Assembly: GCF_000341395.1 (NCBI RefSeq) | Contig: NC_020304.1 | Coordinates: forward strand, 1,500,001-1,532,000 | From: Desulfocapsa sulfexigens DSM 10523 | GTDB taxonomy: Bacteria > Desulfobacterota > Desulfobulbia > Desulfobulbales > Desulfocapsaceae | Direction of reading: 5' to 3' | Length of the DNA stretch: 32,000 nucleotides | Shown: positions 8,916 to 16,963 of the stretch, piece by piece | Layout: each line of letters opens with the position of its first letter | Numbering within the stretch: the stretch's first letter is position 1 | Made by a program: the position numbers and the translations under genes | Notes under the pieces: generated by a model | Seen by the model: the letters and a program-made list of their open reading frames with translations, nothing else | Told to the model about the DNA's origin: nothing | The model's database searches: none

Positions 8916-11444
8916 TCAATTTGAGTCCAGCACTTTCCGGATCGTTCTTGAAAGCTCTTTGTTATCGACCGGCTTCATCAGAAAAGCTTTGATTCCAATT
9001 GAATCTGCTTTATCTGCATCAATTCTAGAACTATAACCAGTACACATAATAATTGGAATGTCAGGTCGAATGTGAAATAATTCCCCGGCTAGTTGTTCGC
9101 CTGTCATATACGGCATTGTCTGGTCCGTGATGACAAGGACGTAGTTTTTTGACTCAGTCCTGAAATGCTCAAGAGCTTCTTTGCTGCTTGTCATGGCAGT
9201 TGCCTTATATCCAAACATTTCTAATCGCTTTTTAGTAAGGGTAGCAAGGCTGGCATCGTCATCAACAATAAGAATTTTTCCCTTGCCTGGAGGAAGAGGA
9301 CTCGTATCGACTGCCTCAACTTCTTTAACTGCCTCTTTGATTTTTGGTAAGTACAGTTTGAATGTTGTTCCCTTGCCAGGGATACTCTCAACGGTAATCA
9401 TTCCTCCATGGCTATGAACAATTCCGTGAACTACGGATAAGCCCATGCCAGAACCTTTGCCAAACTCCTTTGTTGTAAAATAGGGGTCAAAAATTCGCCC
9501 CAGAATCTCTTTTTTTATACCAGTGCCAGTATCGCTGACAACTAGCAATATGTAAGGCCCTGGTTGTAAGTTTAAGTCAGCATCCAAGTCGTCACTTGTC
9601 AAATCAACAACACTTAAATCAATACCTAAAATCCCCCCATTTTCTTCCATGGCCTGAGCTGCGTTAGTACAGAGGTTCATGAGAATTTGATGGATTTGGG
9701 TGGGGTCAGCCAATGTGTTCCCACAGGAAGGAGCGATGTTCAGTTTAATGTCAATAGTAGTGGGGATTGAGGCTCGAAGGAAATTCAAGACCTCCTTAAT
9801 TACCAGATCAATTTGTACAGGTATTTGTTTTTGTTCCCCTTGGCGACTGAAAGATAATATCTGTTTCACCAGTTCCTTCGCACGAATTCCAGCTTTTAAA
9901 ACCTCCCCAATTTGATGTTTAGCCGGGCTCCAATCCGGAATATCATTCTTTGCCATTTCGGCATAGCCGATAATAGCAGCGAGAATATTGTTGAAATCAT
10001 GTGCTATCCCTCCAGAAAGTGTTCCGATGGCTTCCATTTTTTGAGTGTGAAGAAGTTGAGCCTGGAGCTTGTTTTTTTCTTCCTCTGCTTTGGTGCGGTC
10101 TGTAATATCCAGTGTGAAGCCAGCAAGCATATTGGGTTTGTTATTTATGAATATTGGGAATTTTGTGGTTTCGTAGATCCTTCCACCAAATTCTTCAATA
10201 ACATTTACAGTCACCCCTTCCTGAAGTATTTTCTTGTCATCTTCGATCATTTTTTTTGCCAGATCAGAAGGGAACAGGTCATCCATTGATCTGCCAATGA
10301 TTTTTTCGAGTGGCATGCCCAGCAGCTGTTCATAGTTTCTGCTCAACATTAAGGAGCGAATTTCGTGATCCTTAAAAAATATATATACGGGACTGTTTTC
10401 AAGGAATAATTGGAAAATTATCTGGTTTTCATATAAAGCATCTTCGGCCTGTTTTCGTTCTTCAACTTCTTTTTGGAGGGCTTCTGTCCGTTGACGCACC
10501 AATCGATTTAACATTCTGTTCCAGATGAGAAATGCACCTACAATTAGAAGCATGACTGAAACAGTATATAATGCCATTTTTTTCAGCTCTTGTTTAGTTA
10601 TGCCTGGAGTGGTGTCTAAACGTATCCATTTGTTTTGAATGTTTTTCCGTTCTTCTGCTGTTAGTAATGACACTCCTTTCTCTAGAATACTGCTGAGTTC
10701 CGGCCAATCAGAACGGACAGCAAATCCCGATATATTAGGTGGGTCAGTTTCTCCGGCTAGTTTTAAATTGGTAATCCCTTCTGATTCGATATAGAAACTA
10801 GCTGTTGCTAAATCACCCACAAAAGCATCTGCCATTCCAAAAGAGACTTTTCTCAGGGCAGCTTTCAGGTCAGAAACCAAATCAATCTCAATGTCAGGGT
10901 GGTTATTTCGGATCAGATCCACATAGCCATAACCGGAAACCATAACAACACGCATGCCTTTAAGCATGTCTAATGTGAGCTCTTTAGTCACGGTTTTTCT
11001 GACTATAATGACAGAAGGGATTTTTAAGTACGGTGGGGGAAATAATAGATATTTCTCACGTTGGGGGGTTTTGACAACGGCATTCAGTACATCCACTTCA
11101 CGCCTTTCCATCCTGGCGAGAACATCATCCCAACTTTTGCATTTCACAACTTCAAATTGAATACCGAGTTTTTTGGTGACAAGCCGCATATAGTCAGCGC
11201 CAATACCTTGATAATTTCCAGTCTTATCGAAAAACTCTATTGGTTCAAAATTCGGGTCCGGTGCCAAACGAATCGTTGGATGTGCCTTAATCCAGGCAAT
11301 TTCTTCTTTTGTGAGTTGTGCTTGGGTTACTCCAGTTTCTGCCAGGATCAATGAGATATCTAAAATAAGAATATTAACAAATGCAATGCATAGCATTAAC
11401 GTCATTGTTGCAAATTTTAGCCAGTTATGCCCACCACTTCTCAT
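8916..11444 (-). CDS. Hybrid sensor histidine kinase with a periplasmic solute-binding (SBP family 3-like) domain, TM, PAS, HisKA, HATPase and a C-terminal receiver
   Basis: 842 aa. It has an N-terminal TM helix and a periplasmic-binding-protein-like region. After a second TM helix come a PAS-like segment, the H-box GIAHDFNNILAAI, the N/G boxes (LMNLCTNAAQAM, DTGTGI, GKGSGMGL) and a receiver domain (ILIVDDD...TDQTMPYMTG...K). Confidence 0.9.
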   Translation of the reverse strand: MRSGGHNWLKFATMTLMLCIAFVNILILDISLILAETGVTQAQLTKEEIAWIKAHPTIRLAPDPNFEPIEFFDKTGNYQGIGADYMRLVTKKLGIQFEVVKCKSWDDVLARMERREVDVLNAVVKTPQREKYLLFPPPYLKIPSVIIVRKTVTKELTLDMLKGMRVVMVSGYGYVDLIRNNHPDIEIDLVSDLKAALRKVSFGMADAFVGDLATASFYIESEGITNLKLAGETDPPNISGFAVRSDWPELSSILEKGVSLLTAEERKNIQNKWIRLDTTPGITKQELKKMALYTVSVMLLIVGAFLIWNRMLNRLVRQRTEALQKEVEERKQAEDALYENQIIFQLFLENSPVYIFFKDHEIRSLMLSRNYEQLLGMPLEKIIGRSMDDLFPSDLAKKMIEDDKKILQEGVTVNVIEEFGGRIYETTKFPIFINNKPNMLAGFTLDITDRTKAEEEKNKLQAQLLHTQKMEAIGTLSGGIAHDFNNILAAIIGYAEMAKNDIPDWSPAKHQIGEVLKAGIRAKELVKQILSFSRQGEQKQIPVQIDLVIKEVLNFLRASIPTTIDIKLNIAPSCGNTLADPTQIHQILMNLCTNAAQAMEENGGILGIDLSVVDLTSDDLDADLNLQPGPYILLVVSDTGTGIKKEILGRIFDPYFTTKEFGKGSGMGLSVVHGIVHSHGGMITVESIPGKGTTFKLYLPKIKEAVKEVEAVDTSPLPPGKGKILIVDDDASLATLTKKRLEMFGYKATAMTSSKEALEHFRTESKNYVLVITDQTMPYMTGEQLAGELFHIRPDIPIIMCTGYSSRIDADKADSIGIKAFLMKPVDNKELSRTIRKVLDSN

Positions 11445-11740
11445 GGATTTTCCTTTTAAAAGAGGCTGATGATTAGAACTATGTTGTATGGAGATCTCAA
11501 GAGGAATCTTTGGATGTCATTAATTTAGCGTGATAAAGTACGATTCAGTTTCCTTGCCAGGTAACGAGCCACTTTAGAAATGATACCACAAGAAATGATA
11601 AGTGTGAAATTTAAATTCAGGTTGGTGTGAAGGGTTAAAGGTGATTCTCGTCACAAAGGGTCAAATTCTAAGAGAACTATTGGGGCAACTTCAGTATGGT
11701 TGGGAAATATATAGGGTAATGTCTTGTATAATAGGTTCTA

Positions 11741-11749
11741 TGTTATAAT
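11741..11749 (+). promoter_or_regulatory. Extended -10 promoter element TGTTATAAT
   Basis: It matches TGnTATAAT exactly. It sits 4 nt upstream of MITE copy 2 and overlaps that copy's left target-site duplication. No convincing -35 element. Confidence 0.45.
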
Positions 11750-11753
11750 GATT

Positions 11754-11930
11754 CCTGATTACCATCGAAACTCAGCTTTGCAACCTGGAGTTGTTTCGTG
11801 TCGATTATATGGGACGCCATAAACCCATCCCTGGGGCTCTGCTGCGGCCGTCCAGGCCGCAGATGCCCATATAATCAACACGAACCAACTCCTCCTCAGA
11901 CGGGTAGGCTGAGGATTAGTGGTAATCAGG
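11754..11930 (+). mobile_element. MITE copy 2 (177 bp)
   Basis: Terminal repeats CCTGATTACCA / TGGTAATCAGG are perfect. Flanking 8-mers TAATGATT (11746-11753) and TAATGATT (11931-11938) are identical. Confidence 0.9.
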
Positions 11931-12037
11931 TAATGATTTGCTGATGCTTACCATCCAAGCTCTATCCCATTTGTTGAAGATAAATGTGAATCTTTCTTTG
12001 ACTATTGGGATTTTCTTTATGAAAAAGGTGAAAGTTT

Positions 12038-12766
12038 ATGCAGAGCCATGATGAAATTGAAGAGCAGAAAAACTCTATCTATCTGTGTGCTCCCGTTAAT
12101 GCACTGGTTGAGGGTATCTTTGAAGAAAACATTCATCTTGCAGAAGTACTTAGGCATGGTGATTTCGGACTTGGTACTTTTGATGATCTGGATGGAGAGA
12201 TGCTTATCCTCGACGGACATTGCTACCAGATAAACTCCGCCGGGAAAGTAACTGAAGTTGATGGACAAGTGTTGACCCCCTTCGCTTCGGTGACTTTTTA
12301 TAAACCGGAGAACTTTTATGAGATCAACAAGGAAACTCCATTTGATGATTTTTTAAAACAGCTCAATAGCTTTATGCCATCACCGAATCTGTTCTATGCC
12401 GTGCGTATTGAGGGTGAGTTTTCTCACATCAAAGCACGCTCCGTTCCAAAGCAGGCTAATTATCATCCGCTTACAGATATAGTTAATGAGCAGATTGTCT
12501 TTGATTTTGATAATATCTGCGGAACCGTGGCAGGCTTTTTTACACCAGAGTTCATGTCATCATTGAGCGTCCATGGACTGCATCTGCACTTTCTCTCAGA
12601 GGACTTGCAGCACGGGGGACATATCCTTGGATGTGTGCCGCGTAAAGTGAAGATTGGGGTCCAGACAATTAACCGTTTAGAGCTTACATTGCCGATGACA
12701 AAGGATTACATGGGGTGTGATTTTCACAGGGATATTAACAGGGATCTGGATAAGGTTGAAAAGTAA
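12038..12766 (+). CDS. budA: Alpha-acetolactate decarboxylase
   Basis: 242 aa. The N-terminal pattern SIYLCAPVNALVEGIFE...GDFGLGTFDDLDGEMLILDG and the HGLHLHFLS metal-binding His motif are characteristic of AlsD/BudA. Confidence 0.85.
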   Translation: MQSHDEIEEQKNSIYLCAPVNALVEGIFEENIHLAEVLRHGDFGLGTFDDLDGEMLILDGHCYQINSAGKVTEVDGQVLTPFASVTFYKPENFYEINKETPFDDFLKQLNSFMPSPNLFYAVRIEGEFSHIKARSVPKQANYHPLTDIVNEQIVFDFDNICGTVAGFFTPEFMSSLSVHGLHLHFLSEDLQHGGHILGCVPRKVKIGVQTINRLELTLPMTKDYMGCDFHRDINRDLDKVEK

Positions 12767-12916
12767 GTGTGGAATTCCTGTAACAAGATAGATTGATTTT
12801 TGTGTACTTACCAATATAGGAACATTTTTGTTACTCCTTACAGTGTTTGGGAGCTGCTCGAGAGTGTGAAATACATTGGAAATGCTAATTTCTAAGTTGA
12901 GATAAAATCAGTTATC

Positions 12917-13690
12917 ATGGAAATACTTTGGTTCAAAATCATTTCGTTGCTGGTCATTTTTGCTGCAGGCTTGTTCGGTGGACTTGCACCGACAAAAATA
13001 AGCCTCACTCCCCAGGGAAAACGAAAACTTACATTGGGGAATGCCTTTTCCGGTGGAGTTTTTCTGGGCGCGGGATTACTGCACATGCTCCCTGATGCAC
13101 GTGAAAACTTCACTGCTTTTGCAGGCGACGTTGCCTATCCCTATGTCGCTCTCATCTGTGGCGGAGGATTTCTCCTGGTGATGCTTCTGGAAAAAGCTGT
13201 TCTTGGTGGTAGCGAGGACATTGGTGCGATGTCAAAAGGACGTTCCGTCTATCCTTATTTGTTGTGCGTTATCCTTTCTGTCCATTCAATTATTGTGGGA
13301 ACATCTTTAGGGTTGGAGGCCAGTCTGGTTGCTTCAGTAGGTATATTAGTGGCGATTCTCGCCCATAAATGGGCTGCGGCTTTTGCGTTAGGTGTCAGCC
13401 TGAGGGAAAATGGTTTCTCATTGTCACTTCATGTCCGACTTATCTGCTTTTTTGCGCTGATGGCTCCTTTGGGCGTGGTTCTCGGAACAATTTTCTCGGC
13501 CCTGTTTTCAGGAAAAGCGGCACTCCTGTTTGAAGCTGTCTTTGATGCTTTAGCAGCAGGGACTTTTCTCTATGTTGCCTGCGCCGATGTTATGGAAGAA
13601 GTCTTTAGAAAATCTGGGGATAACTGGAGAAAAGTCATTCTGATTATATGTGGCTTTTTTCTCATGGCACTGATAGCAATTTGGACATGA
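12917..13690 (+). CDS. ZIP-family divalent metal transporter
   Basis: 257 aa, about 8 TM helices, a variable central loop, and conserved His/Ala-rich helices (LHMLPDA, ILAHKWAAAFALG) typical of ZIP/ZupT-like permeases. Confidence 0.7.
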   Translation: MEILWFKIISLLVIFAAGLFGGLAPTKISLTPQGKRKLTLGNAFSGGVFLGAGLLHMLPDARENFTAFAGDVAYPYVALICGGGFLLVMLLEKAVLGGSEDIGAMSKGRSVYPYLLCVILSVHSIIVGTSLGLEASLVASVGILVAILAHKWAAAFALGVSLRENGFSLSLHVRLICFFALMAPLGVVLGTIFSALFSGKAALLFEAVFDALAAGTFLYVACADVMEEVFRKSGDNWRKVILIICGFFLMALIAIWT

Positions 13691-13796
13691 GCTGAGAAAG
13701 GGTGTTTATTGCGTCGCCCGTGTGATCGGTTATATGTTGTGTCTTAATGATTCGCTGATCGCTGCTGTTAATAATAACAGTGATTCAGTGTTCAAT

Positions 13797-13837
13797 AAAA
13801 AAAACCTCCAGGCTATCGATGAGATACCCTGAAGGTT
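13797..13837 (-). terminator. Rho-independent terminator of cassette A
   Basis: On the minus-strand RNA, AACCUUCAGG - 15-nt loop - CCUGGAGGUU forms a 10-bp stem with one G-U pair. U8 follows immediately. Confidence 0.8.
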
Positions 13838-13878
13838 CTAATGCGGGACAACATCCCAAAGAATTGTTTACTTTTTTC

Positions 13879-14178
13879 CTACTTTGAAGCTGTAACCTTT
13901 GCAGGGGCCTTGTTTACATATTTAAAGAATACGGGGAAGGCGACAAAGAAGGCTACACAGAGCAGGTATTCAATACCTTTGATATGAGTGTAGTAGTCAA
14001 CCAGAGTATGCAGAGGCTTTACCATTCCTATTGCCACCATATACTGTCCGGCAAGCTCACTTACTGACCAACCAACCGATGAAAGAGCACTGGTAAGGGC
14101 TGCGCCAACCCAGAGACACATGATTGAACCGGCTGCGAGAAGTATTCTTGATCCTGTTTTTGATGTATTTTGTTTCAT
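13879..14178 (-). CDS. Small membrane protein (99 aa, about 3 TM), family unknown
   Basis: SD AAGGA lies upstream. There are hydrophobic segments ILLAAGSIMCLWVGAALTSAL and YLLCVAFFVAFPVFF. It is second in a two-gene unit bounded by a sigma54-type promoter and a terminator. The copy at 19205-19504 encodes an identical protein. Confidence 0.7.
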   Translation of the reverse strand: MKQNTSKTGSRILLAAGSIMCLWVGAALTSALSSVGWSVSELAGQYMVAIGMVKPLHTLVDYYTHIKGIEYLLCVAFFVAFPVFFKYVNKAPAKVTASK

Positions 14179-14221
14179 GGTAGTGTCCTTATCTGTATAT
14201 GTTAATTTTAGAAAGAGTGTA

Positions 14222-14416
14222 TCAGCCGATAACTGCGGTCAGGTATCCTTTAACAACATTCAAATGTCCCATGCTTATCATTGCGCTTGCAAGACAGGCA
14301 AATCCCCAGATTCCAACAAGGGCAGCCATGGTCATTCCAGCACCAAGTGCAAATGAAGAAGTTTCGTATCCAGCTTTAACTTGAGTAGCAGTTGTGGTTT
14401 GAGTGTTTGTAGTCAT
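14222..14416 (-). CDS. Small membrane protein (64 aa, Thr-rich N-terminus, Gly/Ala-rich TM segment), family unknown
   Basis: Strong SD GGAGG lies 7 nt upstream of the ATG. It contains FALGAGMTMAALVGIWGFACLASAMI. The partner copy at 19548-19742 differs by one residue, His51 versus Pro51. Confidence 0.7.
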   Translation of the reverse strand: MTTNTQTTTATQVKAGYETSSFALGAGMTMAALVGIWGFACLASAMISMGHLNVVKGYLTAVIG

Positions 14417-14474
14417 GGTGTCCTCCGTATGGGTTTGATCTAGCTAAGTTTTTCTTTTCTTTGCCCTCTATGTA

Positions 14475-14489
14475 GCAGCAACCATGCCA
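14475..14489 (-). promoter_or_regulatory. Sigma54-type (-24/-12) promoter of cassette A
   Basis: The minus strand reads TGGCAT-GGTTG-CTGC against consensus TGGCAC-N5-TTGC. The invariant GG and GC have correct spacing. It lies about 60-70 nt upstream of the ATG at 14416. Confidence 0.6.
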
Positions 14490-14781
14490 GTTTTTGTTTT
14501 TCTTGCTGTGCTTTCACGAAAAACCAGGTAACACATTGGTACAACTCTGTATTTATGGAGAATGCTGTTGGAGTTTTCTTGCGACACATATGTGCCCTGG
14601 CAGTGTGGCAAAACTCGGAACTGTAGTTTTAGGAAGAGAATGTGTGGCTTGTGTTCTACGGAAGTGTTGCAGGTCTTGCAGATAGGTGTGGAATCAGAGA
14701 ATAGAAGAAGTAAGCACTGGCAAGCCCAATAACAGTTGCCTCCCCTTTGTTCAGCTTTGCCCAGAGCCCCGCAAGTTCTGT

Positions 14782-14811
14782 TTGACTTCCAGGATTGGCG
14801 TATGATAAAAT
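14782..14811 (+). promoter_or_regulatory. Candidate sigma70 promoter of the hydrogenase operon
   Basis: TTGACT (14782-14787), N18, TAAAAT (14806-14811), with a TG two bases upstream of the -10 box. It would give a leader of about 190 nt. Confidence 0.4.
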
Positions 14812-15010
14812 TTTTCTATTGAGGTGAGTTTTTTCCAGCGCTCTGTGTGGGCAAATTAGAATTACTAAATATTAAGATCGACCATATGGTATGAAGATCT
14901 GTCTTCAATGCCTCTCTTGCATGACTCTCTAAAAGAACGGGAAGTGTACCGATAACAAACCAGCCTCTCAATTTATTATACTCTACAACCCAAATCCAGT
15001 GAGGTAAGCC

Positions 15011-16057
15011 ATGCTATTTAAGGTCTTTCCCAGAGATCAGTTGGAGATTCTCTATGACATTTTGGCAGGCCATCATTTGGTTGGGCCACAAATCATAGGG
15101 ACAGACCGGAATGGGCAAGAGTTATTCGCCTTTGATTATATCCACAGTTTTACAGAACTTAGAATCGACTTCACCTCCACCGTTCATTCCTTGAAATCTT
15201 TTGTCCTTCCTCCCCGGGAAAATCTTAGTTCCTTTGCCCTGGCGAACAATGACTGGGAGAAAAATGTTGATTTGGGCATATACAAGCCTCATGTTTTTTT
15301 CGGCCTGCACCCCTGTGATATAAATGCTTTGAACAAACTGGACAAGGTTTTAACGGGTCCTGTTTATCCTGACCCTTTTTACACCGGAAAGCGGAAAAAC
15401 ATGTTCATTATAGGAGTCAACTGTATTCCGCAACCCTGGTGTTTTTGTAAATCCATGGGCACAGATACTGTGCTTTCCGGTTTTGATATGTTCCTCACCG
15501 ATTTGGGCGATAAATACTTTGTCGAGATCCAGTCAGCCACAGCTTATGATATCCTTATGGAGCTACCCATTACCGAGCCCACCGATGAGGATCATCGCAG
15601 ATTCGTTCAGTTAATGGATGAGCGAAACAGTAAATTCACCTGTCAGGTGGATAACTCCGACCTGACCAAGATCCTTGACTTGGAATTCCAGTCCCCGGTC
15701 TGGCAGGAGTGGGGAAAACGATGTATGTCCTGTGGTACCTGCGCAAATGTATGCCCTACCTGCTACTGCTATGGAGTAACGGAGCATGTTGACCTCGATT
15801 TGAAAAGTGCCACCAAACAGAAACAACTTTACTCTTGTAATCTTATAGATTTTGCCATGGTCTCTGGGGGCCACAACTTCAGACCTGATAGTGCCTCCCG
15901 CCTCAAATACCGTTATTACCACAAGCACCGCGGATTCCAGGAGGCATACGAAGAAGCGCTCTGCGTAGGCTGTGGTCGCTGTGGCCAGGCGTGTCTTGCT
16001 GGAATTACGGTGCCGGAAGTTATCGACAGTGTTCGCCGACAGGAGGTTCCTAAATGA
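15011..16057 (+). CDS. Group-3b-type NiFe hydrogenase beta subunit (4Fe-4S cluster protein)
   Basis: 348 aa. It has the Cys motifs CMSCGTCANVCPTCYC and CVGCGRCGQAC. It is first in a beta-gamma-delta-alpha gene order like the Pyrococcus-type sulfhydrogenase. Confidence 0.75.
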   Translation: MLFKVFPRDQLEILYDILAGHHLVGPQIIGTDRNGQELFAFDYIHSFTELRIDFTSTVHSLKSFVLPPRENLSSFALANNDWEKNVDLGIYKPHVFFGLHPCDINALNKLDKVLTGPVYPDPFYTGKRKNMFIIGVNCIPQPWCFCKSMGTDTVLSGFDMFLTDLGDKYFVEIQSATAYDILMELPITEPTDEDHRRFVQLMDERNSKFTCQVDNSDLTKILDLEFQSPVWQEWGKRCMSCGTCANVCPTCYCYGVTEHVDLDLKSATKQKQLYSCNLIDFAMVSGGHNFRPDSASRLKYRYYHKHRGFQEAYEEALCVGCGRCGQACLAGITVPEVIDSVRRQEVPK

Positions 16058-16956
16058 ACAAGCTTGATTTTGTCGATGTCCTGCCTGCAAGACAGATTTC
16101 TACACGAAAATCAGACCTATCCAGTTTTGAATATAGCTATAGGGCGGAAATCACCAATGTCTATGGTTTGACCAACACTGAAAAACTGTATCAGATAAGG
16201 ATAGTCGATTCCGATCAACGCCATCAGTTTACCTTCAAACCCGGACAATTTGTGATGCTTGAATTGCCTGGCATTGGAGAAGGCCCCTTTTCTATTTCTT
16301 CATCCCCAACCCGCCATGGTGATCTGGAGTTGTGTATTCGGGCTGTAGGCAATTTGACTAACTTTCTCAGCAGAGTACCCCGGGGCACGCTCGTCGGCAT
16401 TAGCGGACCATTTGGCACCAGTTTCCCGGTTGAAGACATGGAAAACAGCGACCTGATCCTTATTGCCGGAGGCCTTGGGATTGTTCCTCTGCGTGCTCCA
16501 CTCTTTTCTATACTTGAAAATCGCAGTCGCTATAAGCAGATAGATATTATCTACGGTGCTCGTAATCCATCCGAACTTCTTTTCACCTATCAGTATCAGA
16601 TGTGGCGGCAGTTTGACATAAATCTGGAAATTATTGTCGACCAGGCCGACGAAAAGTGGCAAGGGCCTGTTGGTCTAATCACCGAAATTCTAAAACATCG
16701 ACTTGAAGCCGCCGGAAATAACCTGTCTAGCAACACCTATGCAATTGTTTGCGGACCACCTGTAATGTTCCATTTTGTTTGCGATATGCTGATCAACGCC
16801 CAGTTACCCATGCAAAAGATCTTTGTCTCTCTGGAACGGCGGATGCATTGCGGGCGCGGAAAATGCTGCCGATGTAACATCGGTGCGACCTATACCTGTC
16901 TCAGCGGACCGGTCTTTGATTACTGGTCGGTATTGAATATGAAGGAGGCCATCTAG
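16054..16956 (+). CDS. Hydrogenase gamma subunit, FAD/NAD(P)-binding oxidoreductase with a C-terminal 2Fe-2S Cys cluster
   Basis: 300 aa. ATGA overlap with the upstream gene. It has a ferredoxin-NADP-reductase-like pattern (GQFVMLELPG, GPFSISS, LIAGGLGIVPL, VCGPPVM) and the C-terminal motif CGRGKCCRCN...C. Confidence 0.8.
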   Translation: MNKLDFVDVLPARQISTRKSDLSSFEYSYRAEITNVYGLTNTEKLYQIRIVDSDQRHQFTFKPGQFVMLELPGIGEGPFSISSSPTRHGDLELCIRAVGNLTNFLSRVPRGTLVGISGPFGTSFPVEDMENSDLILIAGGLGIVPLRAPLFSILENRSRYKQIDIIYGARNPSELLFTYQYQMWRQFDINLEIIVDQADEKWQGPVGLITEILKHRLEAAGNNLSSNTYAIVCGPPVMFHFVCDMLINAQLPMQKIFVSLERRMHCGRGKCCRCNIGATYTCLSGPVFDYWSVLNMKEAI

Positions 16957-16963
16957 GGACACC

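Larger units (their letters stand above)
13773..14692. repeat. Direct repeat copy A (0.92 kb), partner at 19099-20018
   Basis: The offset is a constant 5326 bp with no indels. Positions 13773-14514 differ from the partner at only 3 sites (13840, 13954, 14265). Positions 14515-14692 are homologous but only about 70-80% identical by eye. Confidence 0.95.

Noticed and set aside
13797-13837. The cassette terminator acting as a bidirectional terminator for the upstream plus-strand genes (ZIP gene, and hydrogenase alpha at 19123-19163)
   Set aside because: On the plus strand the A8 tract lies 5' of the stem, which is followed by CUAAUG or CUUAUG rather than a U-tract. It may still pause or terminate weakly, but the sequence supports only the minus-strand direction.
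14120-14384. Plus-strand ORFs 14120-14356 and 14199-14384, duplicated at 19446-19682 and 19525-19710
   Set aside because: Their conservation is only a consequence of the 0.92-kb duplication. They are antisense to the small membrane protein genes, which have SDs, a promoter and a terminator. The plus-strand ORFs have none.
15611-16090. Long antisense ORFs inside well-supported genes, for example 15611-16090 (-), 20041-20439 (-), 20459-20860 (-), 25413-25814 (-), 26560-27021 (-), 27547-27969 (-), 30912-31367 (-), 31590-31985 (-), 9912-10289 (+) and 150-506 (-)
   Set aside because: Each lies opposite a gene with clear domain motifs. They have no SD or recognisable motifs and show the composition expected of shadow ORFs.
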